The notes beneath the pieces were generated by a model. It made no database searches. It was given only the letters and a program-made list of their open reading frames with translations, and was not told where the DNA came from. 64,000 nucleotides of DNA, taken from contig OZ241829.1 of assembly GCA_965202585.1 (NCBI GenBank), positions 29,078,001 to 29,142,000 of the forward strand. Direction: 5' to 3'. Position numbers and translations under genes: made by a program. This DNA comes from Thalia democratica. Lineage: Eukaryota. This document shows, piece after piece, positions 24,406 through 37,404 of the stretch (positions are counted from its first letter, which is position 1; every line of letters begins with the position of its first letter).

Positions 24406-24461
24406 AAATTATTTTACAAACTAAGTTTCGGTCAAAGACCTCGTCAGTGCTTATATAAATC
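24406..24461 (-). ncRNA. Minimal type I hammerhead ribozyme with intact core, in a Penelope-type pLTR fragment (24335-24461)
   Basis: Minus strand gatttatataagca CTGACGA ggtc ttt gacc GAAAC tta GTT tgtaaaataat: CUGANGA, 4-bp stem II, GAAA, 2-bp stem III with 3-nt loop, GUU cleavage triplet (cut between 24419 and 24418), stem I gca/tgt extended by AT pairs. Confidence 0.75.
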
Positions 24462-24752
24462 TTATTCAAATAGAAATTATTAGTTTTACAATGAACAAAA
24501 AAAAAGAAATTGCTAAAATTTTTGAATCCAATCATTTTCGAGATTAAAGCGGGTATCTATTAAAACTTTACCTTATCAATATTATAACTGTATAAACAGT
24601 TTTTTCACAATCTGTATTTTTATTTGATTTTATCCTTTTTTATTCATAAGTTCAAAAGTAGTTTTATCAAAATGTCAGTTGTACTGTTGCTTAGTATAAT
24701 TTACCTTACATATGATTATTTATACTGGACAAAACGTTAAAAGGTACCCAAA

Positions 24753-24845
24753 AGGTGTGTGACTCGATAACCGAAATGTTATTTCGTGCACCAGGTCCTA
24801 GGACCAAATATTTTGAGCGTTTTTTTTTCGTTCTGTAAACAATAC
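24753..24845 (+). repeat. ~95-bp multi-hairpin dispersed element
   Basis: Matches the consensus. Confidence 0.85.
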
Positions 24846-27800
24846 TAGATACAGAGTACTAAAACTATATCGTATGTTTACTGCAGTTTTTATTTCACTA
24901 TCAATCAAAAGTTAAGTATTTTGTCAACTGAAGAAATATTGTTTTTAAACACGAAGAAACTTAGCTATTGTGTTAATTAAGGGGAAGTATTCAGGTAAAA
25001 AGATTAGGAAAACTAATTTTTAACTTAGATCGTATAAGTTTGGTAAAAATAATAAATTGTTTTAATAAAATTTGATGTATGCAAACTCTATATAAGCATA
25101 CCGCAAAACCACAAAGTCGTACAGATAGTTGAAGTTATTAATTCTTATTGCCAAACTAAAGTAGACAGTTTTATTAATAATTATAAAACAGTATTTTTAG
25201 ATAGAATCCAGATAAGATTGCTTCTATTTTTGTTATTTTTTAGTAAACATTTATAAACTCTACATAAAATAAGTATAATTTTTTACAGCTATTCAGGTCA
25301 AATGATAAATTTAAACTAAAAAAAAAATGATAAATTTATACTGTTTTCAATAACTTTAAAAGTATGATTTCAATGAATCTTACCTTATGATTAAGTTTTG
25401 TTCAAAAGATATTACAATTTTTAAATAAGAAGGCAAGTAACTCAAATATAAGATACTTAACTAAAAACCGGCGAAATATAAAAAAGACAAAGTTCTTAGT
25501 TATATTTGCCAAAATTAAAATAGAAAAATTCCAAGTTGAAAATAAGCATTTTCTAGTACAAAAACAGTTTATTACTTTGAGTTGTTATTTTTGAATTTAA
25601 ACCAAAAATCGTAAAAAAAGTTCAATCATCTATGATATGTTATTAAATTTACTTGTTTTACTAAATGTGTAAAGAAAAACAAAATTAATAATGAATAATG
25701 CTTTTAGAAAATAATCTTAATTAATTATCACAAAGTTTCTCACAGAATAAAAACAATAAAATGTTCTGCTTTGTAAAAATAAATTTAATTTTTAAAATTT
25801 GAAATTTTTAAATTTTAAAATACTTTTGTTCTATTAATATATTAAAATAACTTACACTTTTGACTTACACAACTTTAAAACTTAATTAATTATTTTCTGT
25901 AGTGCTTAATAATTTTTTTTGTTATAAATATGCTTTTTGTTTAAATTTTTTATACAATAGAAAACAAAACTTGTTGATTTATTCTTTTAAAAAAATATTG
26001 TCTAAAAGTATATGCTAAGCATCTATATTCTATATTATGAAGTTTAAAATGTTAAAAAAAAAACTAACATGACTAAAATGATCAGACATTTATGTCAGAC
26101 TGTCTTCTAGTATGAACTAAGATTGTTGTATAACCAAAGCTACGAAAATAAAAAATTAAAAAATTAAAAACGGTTTGTAGTTAAATGTAAAAGTTTATCG
26201 TTCTTATAAGATTTGTGCAAAATACCGTGCAACAAACTATTTTTTATTTATTTATTTAGTATTAAGTTTGTAAGAAAAGAACCATCACATCTAAATCAAA
26301 ATATTATAACATTATAAGAAACTTATAGGTTTCATACAAACAAATAAGGCTTCGTGTAAGATTTTCGGAATGAAATTATGAATTTATTTTTGTTATTGAA
26401 TAACTATGACTTTCTCAAAAATTTATGAAAATTTATAACACGCCACTATGTAAATTTTATTCAATGAATCACATTTATATTTGTTATTCAGCAACCTTAT
26501 TAAACAGTACTTAGTCTAAGTTACACTTTGTTATATTATATAAAAATAGAATTTTCAACAGAATCTAACTTGTGGCCCTTACTAACAAAAAACATGCTTT
26601 GAAAAAACCTTTTAGATTTCTAATCTAAATATATAAAAATTTACTTTCAACGTAAAGAACATACCTCGAACTTCAATATTTTCATACAGTGTAGGACTAT
26701 CAATTTTATATTGAAACTAACTAAAGTATATAATATATTAGTCACAATAACAGTATTAATAAGCTTAAGTTACTATTTTTCATTAAATAACGTTTAAAAA
26801 TTCCAACACAATAATACGAGCTGAATTAAAGTTTACTAAAAAAAAATTTTTTTTTCCACGTTTGTACTCTTATTAAATTTTCTAACAAGATGTTAAAAAA
26901 ACACGTATTGTCATAACCACTTATTAATATTTTAACATCGTAAGAACAAAATAATAATAAAAAAAAAAAAAACTATATTCTAGTTTTTTCCGGTTTATAA
27001 GGACTTAAATGTAAACTTCAATACTATTTAAACGCTAGTTTTGATTTTTTTAAAGGTCACATAAACCTAACATGCGAATAAAATTATTTAACAGTTTGTT
27101 CGAGATAAGAAAAAATTTCAACTAAGTTTATTTTAAGCATTTACTTTTTGTTAAGTTTAAAAAAACAAATAAATAAAAATTAGATTAAACCCAACAAAAA
27201 AAAAAAAAAAAACTGAAACTATAGCCACATTTTTTACGGTTTATAAGGACTTAAATGTTAACTTCAATACAATTTAAATGCTAGTTTTGATGTTTTTAAA
27301 GGTCACATAAACCTAACATGCAAATAGAATTTACTTAAAGTTTGTTCTAGATGGGAAATTTTTCTAACTAAGTTTATTATAAGCATTTACTGTTTGTTAA
27401 GTTCAAATGACCAAACAAGTAAAAAATTTTAGTTAATAAAGATACTTAAAATTTTGATTTTAACCGAAGACTAGGATTTGAAAAATAAACTTTTTTTTTG
27501 AAATAAAGATAAATTATATTTTCAATTAGTATTGAAAAGACCTATTTATGTTTGTTGTTACTGTATGTTGTTGTTAGTATTTTCATTAACAAAGTTTTAA
27601 GCTTATTTATTTTTTACTACATAAAGTATATATCAACAACTAGATTTTAATTTAAAAAAAACATTTTATATAGTTTAAATTGAATATAATTTAGCACGGT
27701 TTCTTTAGTTAATTTATAAAACAGTGTATAAGAAAAATGCAAACAAATTACTGATTTTTTAAGAAAACTTATTTGTAAAAACTTTGATTTTAATTTTAAA

Positions 27801-29797
27801 TTGTAGTTTAGACCTTGATGAAGTATGATATAGCCAGTATCCATGGTTTTAATAAAGTTTAACTAATATTTTTTTTTAAGTTTTCAACTTTAGAGTTACT
27901 TAATATATATTAATAATCATGTACAGATTAAAAAACGTATAAAATAATTAAAATTATTTAAGAGGGATATCATAAATGTTATTTTCAATATTTTTATCTT
28001 GAAAACAAAACTAAAAAAGTTTTAAATTTACAAAGCTGTTTCTAATAATAAAGCTTAGAATTAATTTATAATGTAACTAGCTGCTTTATTTTACTTTTAA
28101 TTAAACTATCCCTAAATATCTAACCTAAAACATAGATAAATAAAACTAATTGTTTTATATAAAAAGCTGTTCGAGTGAGCACTGCAATTGTTTGAATTTT
28201 TTTTTTGACGTTAAACAATAATTCAAATTTTTCCTTAAAAATACTTAAATTGAAATTACACCACTGCATGAGTTTTTGTTTAGTAAATGTTTTAGAATTT
28301 TATGAAGTACAAAGTAAACGCTATTTCATCTGAGTGACAAAAGTAAAAATTAAAACAATTACAAACTTACAAAACTATTTTTCAAGTTATAAATAAAAAT
28401 TACTTTACAATGTAACTAGCTGCCTTATTTAATATTATTTAGAATTGCACGAAAAAAATACTTAATTAAAAGAAAAGAAACTTATTCTTATATAAAAAAG
28501 TTGTTCTGAGGACAGTTATTGTAACCAATAATTTTTTTTTTCACTTTAAGCAACAATTTCAATTTTTCTTTAAGTTATTAAAATTAAGATGAAAGTACTG
28601 AGTGAGATTTTAAATTTTTTTAATTAATTAAAGCTTTTTTATTACTCTACTCAATAGTTTTAAGGCATAGGAATGAAATTAAACAAAACTAAATAATTTG
28701 ATTAATAGATGTATTTCTAAAGCTAATTATCTTTTCTTTTGTATATAAAAAAAACATTATATATTTGCTACCGTTTTTATTTATTTGTTATGTGATGCTA
28801 CACTTTTACTAATAATTGGTAGAATTATCTTAAAAGTAATTTTTTATGACTTTGACTAATAATACTTATAATTATAAGAAAAAAACATTTATTTCTTACT
28901 TAGCAATCTAAGATTGTTTCTGACCCAACTTACAAAAAAAAACAGTTAAAGTTGAACTAATAAAAGACTGACTATTGTAAGGTTACAAAAAAATTGATAT
29001 TTAAATTAAACCATACATTCAAACTTATTTTTATATGAAAATTTTAAGTAAACTTAACTATACTCATTGCCACTTTACTTCCGGTTTGTATGAGCTTCAA
29101 GTTAACTGCAATAATCAAAAAATAATATTCTTTAATACAAAGGTCACATGAACCTACTATGCAGTTTAGTAGCAATTTCTATTAAACTGTAAAAGTCTTT
29201 ATATTTACTTCATTTTTATAATTTATTTCTTTTTAAGTTTTAGTATGTTTCATATCAAAGAATTTAGAAGAAACAAAGATGTTTATACTAGCTTTTGTAT
29301 GTAAAGGTTTATATTAGAAATTCGAAAGTAGCACAAAGTATGTTACAAAATTAAAGAAAAAAAGCACTGTGATTAGCATGTTTTAATAAACAAAATCAAT
29401 AGTTTTAAAAGTATATAACAGAGGTTTTATTACTAGTTATTTTTTTAAGCAGAAAACTTAACATATCAAATTGTACTTCAATAAAAAGCGTTTTTGGTCA
29501 AGCTTCTTAAAAATACATGCTTAAGATAAGCTAATTCTGTTTGAACGGTAAATAGTATAATATCTTAACTCAAATACTTGGTCATCAAAATTTTATTTAA
29601 TTTTAAAAGCTAAAAATCAACGGCTCTAAACTAAAGGTTGCTATAACAAATTCATGAATAGACTAAGCAACAATGTTTTGACCACTTGTTGGCGTCTTTA
29701 TCACTTGAGGGCGTATAGTTGTTATATTAGCCGAGGTTTATAACTACTAGTAAACAAAATAAAGCATTATAAAGTTTCCATCACTCACCGAAGCATC

Positions 29798-30152
29798 ATT
29801 TCAGAGCGCGGAAAGGGAGCAAGGCTTTAATCGAAGTCAAATAGTCGTTCATCACGTGCCGGACTTCAATTTCCAGACGGAAGTATTCACCGTCTGCTGA
29901 GAAAAAGAAACTACAGCGACAGTGTTGGTGCCGGAGCACCAGTCTACTTGGCTGCAGCATTGGAACACTTGCGCGCCGAATTGCTTCAGTTGGCTTGAAA
30001 TGCTCCTCATGATGATAATCAGTCTCGTATCATTCCCCATCACCTTCAACCTGCAATCTGCAACGATTATTACTATTGCCCAAAGAGGTTTATTACCAAA
30101 CACTCAGTCTGTTCTCTTGCCTAAGAAGACAATTGACAAGAAAAAGGCTTAA
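29798..30152 (+). pseudogene. H2A: Histone H2A orphon pseudogene
   Basis: [21 protein letters not shown]...[19 protein letters not shown] and TIAQ.GLLPN.QSVLLPKKT; start ATG mutated to ATT, TAA at 29828, TGA at 29996 and a ~26-nt deletion near 30068. Confidence 0.92.
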
Positions 30153-30194
30153 ATATAAAAACACATACATTTAGATAAACAGATAAAAATCCTC

Positions 30195-30214
30195 AGTCTT
30201 TTTAAGGGCCACCC
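30195..30214 (+). terminator. Degenerate replication-dependent histone 3' stem-loop
   Basis: agtctt-ttta-agggcc-accc, 42 nt after the H2A stop; resembles GGYYCT-TTTH-AGRRCC-ACC. Confidence 0.7.
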
Positions 30215-30353
30215 ATTATTGTATTCATTTCTTAAGGTATTCTAAAACAGTTTTATCTAATTTTTTTTCTAAAACAACAACTTTTAATCATATCAAAGCT
30301 AAAATTGTTATAAAAATTAGTTATAACACTAATGCTTTTACAAAATAAATTTA

Positions 30354-30570
30354 ATAAACTACGACAACAATTGCTCACAATACAAGAAATACTGAATGTT
30401 TCGATTTATAAATTAATATTTTAGGTTCAAATATACTAAATAGAAAGTTAGTAAAAGCACATTAAATTACGACAAAAATTGCTCACAAAACAAGAAATAC
30501 TGAATGTTTCGATTTATAAATTAATATTTTAGGTTCAAATATACTAAATAGAAAGTTAGTAAAAGCACAT
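30354..30570 (+). repeat. Recent 108-bp tandem duplication
   Basis: Two near-identical copies; acgac starts at 30361 and 30469. Confidence 0.92.
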
Positions 30571-33500
30571 AAAAGCATATTATAAATATATATATTTAGA
30601 TAATTTACATATTTGTGACTTAAAATTAATTTTAAATTAGAAATTTATTTGATAAACTGCTATAAAATAAGCATTTTTTTTCTTTGTAAACAATGGTTCC
30701 AAATTCTATTATGAAACGTTTTCTACTACTAAGTTTAAAAATGTTAAAAAAAACATTAACTAGCAAAGATTAGATAAGTGTTTAACTATTTTCTAGTCTA
30801 AATTAAGTTTTTGTCCTACGGAATTTAACAAAAATTAATAAACAAAAAGCGGTTCAGAATTAACTTTGAAAATTTTTCGTTGTAATTATATTTATGTAAA
30901 CCACCATTGATCAAACTATCATTTCTAAATAACAAAATGTATCTAAAACAATATATTAAGAAATTAAAAGAAACTTATAAGTTCCATACAAACAAACAAA
31001 ACCTTTTTGCAGATTCATGAATAAAATTATGATTTCATTTTTTGTTATTGAATAACCATGCACTTCCTTTAAATTTATTAAGACTTATAATAGGCCACTA
31101 CATGTGTTTTATCCAGTAAATTTTATTCATATTTGCTATTTAAAAACTTTTTGACATATAATAGTTTTTAGTCTAAACTACATTTGTTAATGTTATGAAA
31201 AAAAGTAATTTCTTTAGTAATTTACTTGTTGTAATTTAGATAAAATTAATTACTTTTAAAACTTATAAAAGCTGTTAAGTTGTTATGTACTGTAATAATA
31301 AAACAATGATGTGTTAGAATACATAAAAAATGATTAAACATGCTTAAAAAAATTTAGTGTTATAATTTGATTATTATATAGCTCTAAATTAATCAAAATA
31401 ATTAAAACAAAATTAATTAAAATAAAAAGATTTAAATAAAGTCCATCAAAATAAATTTTTTTTTTTGTTTTTTAAATTACTTTTGTTGATAAGATGTTTC
31501 AAATATGCGTATTATCATAACTAGTTGTTAATATTAAAACCGTAAGAACAAAATAGATTAAACTCAAAAACTAGTGTAAAACACTCAAGCTATAGTCTAG
31601 TTATTTCCGGTTTATAAAGACTAAAATTTAAACTTAAATACTTACTTAAAGGTAAAATTTTTTAAAGTTTTAACTCTTATAAACGTTACATAAACCTAAC
31701 ATGCTACTATAGTTTAAATAACTATTTATTCTCAATATAGTAATATGTTTTAAATCAAACCATTCAAATTTTTCGACTTAATTAGCTTTAAGGACATTTT
31801 TATCTATTTTTTATCTTTACTGTTTGTTATCAACAAAACAATGTTTCACTCCTACATTGGGATATAGAAGATCATCAGTTGCTATGAGCTTCGAAATACT
31901 ACCACCCATTACTTTAATTTTTACCTGTAATAATTTGTTACTTAAAATACCGTATGTTTATACTATAAATACTTATAGTTTCCTTACATACTAGCAAATA
32001 AGTTATTAAAAGAATATCTGTGAGCATTCAAAGGTTTCATTTAAATAAATTAAACACGTAATTCTTTATTGTTCAAAACTGTGAAAAAACATAGTTTATG
32101 ATAGAAAAATAACTTAAAAAGATCTTCTAAATAAAAGTTATATTCGTGCTTTAAAATAAGCATTACACTGCAGTTCATTTTAAATGACTATTTATATGTT
32201 ACAAACTTTCATTAAAACAATGATTTTATTAAAAATATCTCGCAAATATACTATACTCAACACAACTTAAAAAATATTCTTGATGTTTCTAACACAACTA
32301 CATATATTATTAATTTTTTTTAGAAATGATACTTGTGGTGAGATATAAACATTTAAGGCAACTTAAAATAAACTTCAAAACGGTATTTCAGATACAAAAA
32401 AAACATAATCTTACAAATAGTTCAGTCTAAAGTTTTAGTTTCTATAACCTCCAAAGAAAAACGAACGATACTTTTCAAATACATATGAAATAGAAACATG
32501 TCTAGGCTTTTTTAAGTGGGGTAGTATGACACTTTTTAGGTTTTTGTTTTCTAAATTACTTTTCCATATAATACCTAGAACATTGAGTGGGTGCCTATCA
32601 TTATCTAATAGAATTAGTAAATAGAAATGCAAACATAAATATTCTTTTATAAAATTGTTTTTAAAACATTTAAAGTGGCCCTTCCTTTTATTTTATAATT
32701 ATTTCTTCAAAAAAACATGTTGTAAAGTAAAGATGTTCGTAGTTGGTACACTTAATTTATTGGTATTACTCATCAGAGATGGTAGCAAGCGTCGCAAATT
32801 AAATGTATCACTATCAAAAAATCCCCGACAGTAGGATTTTTTAATCTCAAATGTAATTAAACTTTTAAAAATAGTTCTAATACTTAATTTCTATTTTAAA
32901 ATAGGTTTTCTCATTCTGAAGATATCAAAATTAATTTAAGCTAAAATCTTTTTGGTTTCATCATTTAAATCTTTGATTTATTTTATAGCAACAAATTAAT
33001 ACTATATAACCATTTCTTTAGAATAATTCAGCCTATAATTTACAATTCTCATTTGTGGACAAAACAAAGCATGCACAAAATAAAACTTAATTTTGTGTAC
33101 TGTAAATAAGACAATAAAGTATTTCTCTAAAAATATTGTTTCTAACTTTTATTGATTTATAAAGATGTTAAAACATTTAAGTCTAATGTACCTAGAAGAA
33201 CTTATGTATTTAACTTAACAAGAAATTTATACAAAAAAAATAAACAATAATGTTGAATAAAGTTATAAAGATTAATAAAGATTAAGTTTCAAAAGAAAAA
33301 ATATTTTATGTTTAAAATTTTTTCTATTCTTTTTCTAAAACTTTTAGCTAATCGTTATGAAAACTTCATATTGAAAGACTTAAGGAACTTGCTTTAATAT
33401 AACCAGAAGTTAAATTGTTGTTTATGTAAAATTAGATTTGCATACATAGTTTTTTTACAAGTAACTTAATGTAGTTTTTTTCAAACTTTAAATGAAAATG

Positions 33501-34031
33501 TTTAAGGTAAGACTTAACTTTTTCAAAAACAATGCAAGTTTATTATTTATTACTTATTTGATATACATAAATTTATCTTCAGTTGAAAACTTTATGCAAC
33601 TTATTAAAAAGTTTCTTTTTGAAAATAGGCTCTTTCAAAGTTTAAAATTATTTAAAAAAGACAAGATAATTTTAATTTTAAATGTCCTTCACCTGACAGC
33701 TAGTTTTGCACAAGTAATCTTTAAAACTTTTCTTAACCTCTAAACTTTATAATTTTTTTATTCATTAATTAAAATTTTGCAAAAAAGCATAATCAAACCT
33801 ATTAAAATATGTATGTAAATATTCTCGTGTAAAAAACAATTAAGTGAATCAAAAAAAATTCTTTTTTTTCTTAGGGGTAGCACAGTAAATAAGAATCCAG
33901 TCAAAACACGCCCCTTTTTAAAAGTAACTCTTGTAAGGTATAATTATTGGTACAGTTTTAATTGTTAAAAAAAACAACCGAAGACGTCTTCTTTACAAGT
34001 TTAATCCTGAAACGATATTAAACTACATATG

Positions 34032-34090
34032 TGGTGCATGACTCAATAGCTAAAATATTTCTTCTGTTCTCTACGTTCTAGAATCTAGAT
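34032..34090 (+). repeat. ~95-bp multi-hairpin element, degenerate, abutting the hAT insertion
   Basis: tggtgcatgactcaatagctaaaatatttctt.. resembles the consensus 5' half. Confidence 0.45.
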
Positions 34091-34097
34091 TCTAGAG

Positions 34098-37000
34098 CAG
34101 GGTTTCCCAAAGTGGGCGATATCGCCCCCCTGGGGGCGATTTTAGTAAGTCGGGGGGCGATAATTAGTAAGGGGGCGAAAGGGTGGGCGATAACTAGTGA
34201 GGGGGAGAAAAGGGGGCGATTTTAAAATTTTGGGCAGTTATAAAATTTTTACTTTTTATCTTGCTTTTTTACTAGTTTTAGCTTGCTATTAAATATTTGA
34301 CCCTGAGGTAAAACTTAAAGAAAAAAGTTTATTTTGTTTATGTAAAATATAGAAAAAAAACCAATTGCTTATGATTCATACTTTCAAGTAAATTACATAT
34401 TTTCATTCATATATTTTTTTACTTAAAAGTTACATAAATCATAGACGATCGGAATTCATCTCGACATTTTATAACCTGACATATATGTTATTTGTGATCA
34501 TAAATGGTTTATAAAAATCTATGATGTCTATTATTAAGTATCACCTCATAATATTTCCAATTGTTTTTTGAAAATTTACTAAGTTAGACTAAGAAATAAA
34601 ACTATACAAGGTTGCCAATTTACCTAGAAACCTGGAAAAACCTGGAGTTTGACAATTTAGGCAAAAAAAAAACCTGGAAAAATCTGGAATGTTTAACAAT
34701 TTTGAATTATTAAAAATTAAAATTTCGATTTGTCACAATAAAGCTATCATATAGATAAAAATATGAATCCCTTTGAGGCAGATCTTTTTGAAGTAAACGA
34801 CATACAGGAAACGTTCTCAGACTTACAAACTGACCTTGAACTTAAAGTAAACTTTTCCAAAGAACGATCTGGAAGCTTTTAGACTCAACAAAAACTAAGA
34901 CAAAAGCTTCCAATCATTTAAGAGAAATTTAGATTGTTCTTTATAGCTTTTCCTTCTAGCTATAGTATTAAAAAAACTTTCAATTCAGTTATTAACAATT
35001 TGAGCAAAAGATCTAATCTAGATATTTGTAAAGGAGGTGACTTAAAGCTTTATTTTACTGATTTAGAATCAGATTAGAAAAACTTGCAAGAGTTCATGAA
35101 CCTCATCCTTCGCATTGTATTTGAATTCAGTAGCAGACATTATTTTTTGAAAGTTTATTTATTTATTTGATCTTTTAAAATACTTCTTGTTTAACCTGGT
35201 TTGTATTGTATTCAAGTAGTCTTTTTATATTAAAAGTTCTTTTAAGTTATTTATTCTATAACAGGTTTCATAATGCCTAATAAATATTAATTACGGTAGA
35301 CTTTCTCTTGAGTTCGCACTTTTTACCTAAAAAAAGTGCAAATTTATATTTTCTTAAGTTTAAGATAAAAAAAAATCTATTACTAACTAAGTATCAATAA
35401 AACAAAAAATATATAATATTTTATAGCTCATATAGACCTATTTTTTAAATGAATGTTTGTTTTATGTTTTAGTGGATTTAATATTTATTCATAACATTAT
35501 TGCATATAACATATTGAAATTTGTCATTTTGTAAAAATAAATGATAATGCATTTTTGAGTTCGCCTTTTTTCGATTTTGTTCAAAGTGCGAACTTAAGCG
35601 GAAGTCTACTGAAACTATTAGATGGTTTATGTTTTAAAAATGTTAATAGTTTTTTTTTGACCAGGTTAATTTTGTAGTTTATATTTCTCGTTTTACATTA
35701 CACTAAAAGTTTTTAAAGCATAGTGATTAAAATATTTGTTTGAAAAATATTTATTTAATCTTGTTTAATCTGTTTATTTAATAAATAAATAAATCTTGAT
35801 AACCATTAAAGTTTTTATGTCAAAAAATATTTTTTTGGTTTTAAAAGAGTATAGATTTAAGGTCTTTATTTGAGATGACTTAAAAATTTTCATCAAAAAG
35901 ATTCTTAAACTCATTTTTATTTTCTAACTTGATTTATTATTGTTAAGAAATTCATATATTGAGGATTTTCAAACTATTAATACAACTGTTTTTTGTTTTA
36001 TCTTAATTCAAAGTATCTTAGCAATTAGAATGTGTTGTTTATTTTAATATTTCAACACTAGCTTTTAGTTTTTCACTATTTTTCTTTGATAAATTATTAT
36101 AGGCTAATAGCTAGAAAAAAAAATAAACACAATTAAATAAGCCATCAAAAAGACTGCTACAGTTACAAAACAAAATTTTAACCTAATTAACAGTTTTTTT
36201 TAATTGATTACTATCTGTTCACAGAATTAACTGTAAAACATTTGATTTTTTTAAATTTGAATTTAAATTAAGATAAAAAAAATTGTTAAAATAAAGGTTT
36301 AGTTTCCTTAAGGTTATTCCAAGTCAAATACTATTTCATGGTATTCTACTACGCAACATATATTTTAAAATGTTTAAAATTAAAATTTTAACTTTACAGC
36401 TAACTTGCTTATAATATATCTTCGCATTGAAATTTATAATTTTACTGCATTAACTGAAGCTGTTGATGAAACTACTTTTCATGTGAGATAATCAATCAGT
36501 CGGTCAAACTTCCTCAAACTAGATCAGAAATTATGTTTTAATATTTATTTCATTATGTGTAAAATAAACTGTTCATTCTTTTATAGTTTTTTAATCTCTG
36601 GTATAGTAATTTTAGAATATGCCTATTTATAAAAAAAAATTAAGTATTTTGTGCGGCTTAAATAAGTTACTTAGTATTAACTACTAAATGTCCAAAATTC
36701 GTTATATGAGAGATTATTACAATGCCAGGTTTCAGTTAAGATTTTAGATGGGTAACGTACGGTTCGGATTCAGTCAAATTTCGACCCGCTAATTAACTTG
36801 AAAACTACTTTCTGAAAAATAAATAAAATTAGTTTTTTGATACTTAATATTTTGAAATACGCTTTCAACTTGGGTATCAGTTCACAATAGTGTTTCTTAG
36901 ATCACAATAATACTAAACATTTTATTACAATTTCCCTCCAGTTTTTTTGTTTTCTTATACGTTATTTTTTTAAATTATGCAGCCCGCAATCTTATTTTTT

Positions 37001-37404
37001 AACGAGTTGAAACTAGAAAAGACTTTATAGTAAATATGAATTGCTGACTACAAAAGTTGTCCACCACTAACCTAAAAGTTTTATTAGTTTTGAAACAATT
37101 CATATTTAAAAAGGATTGATTACAAGTTACTAAAGGATTTTTAATAATTAAGTATTTTTATATACTTTACTGGGCTTATAAGAAAATAACTGTAGATTAT
37201 TTTCTAAAGCCCTGTAAACTACTTTAAACATAGCCCAAAAGTGCGTGCATAAGAAGTACCGGACTGAATTACATTTCAAACACAACTTTTTTGGCTTAAA
37301 ATTTTGTACTCAAGAGAAAAACTACTTTGTAAAATCGTGGGGGGCGATTTTTTTTCAAATTTCTGAAAAGGGGGCGATTTAGTAAATAAGTTTGGGAAAC
37401 CCTG
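34098..37404 (+). mobile_element. Internally deleted Buster-type hAT DNA transposon, 3307 bp, with nested insertions
   Basis: TIRs cagggtttcccaaa / tttgggaaaccctg; perfect 8-bp TSD TTCTAGAG; transposase C-terminal dimerisation remnant at about 34765-35120 (NPF..., FIAFPSSY, GDL.L, PSH-like). Confidence 0.9.
35294..35611. mobile_element. pogo/Tigger-like MITE nested in the hAT element
   Basis: ta|cggtagactttctcttgagttcgcact ... agtgcgaacttaagcggaagtctactg, ~27-bp TIRs. Confidence 0.7.

Larger units (their letters stand above)
26973..31704 (+). repeat. Four dispersed direct copies of a ~105-bp module within an old segmental duplication
   Basis: ctata..(cc/ac)ggttt.taa.gac...aa(a)ggtcacat.aaccta.catgc at 26973-27075, 27219-27325, 29058-29163 and 31590-31704; broader paralogy of about 26000-27100 with 30700-31750. 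Confidence 0.7.

Noticed and set aside
32730-32776. Possible hammerhead (minus strand CTGATGA ... GAAC)
   Set aside because: Core reads GAAC rather than GAAA and there is no convincing stem II, III or I.
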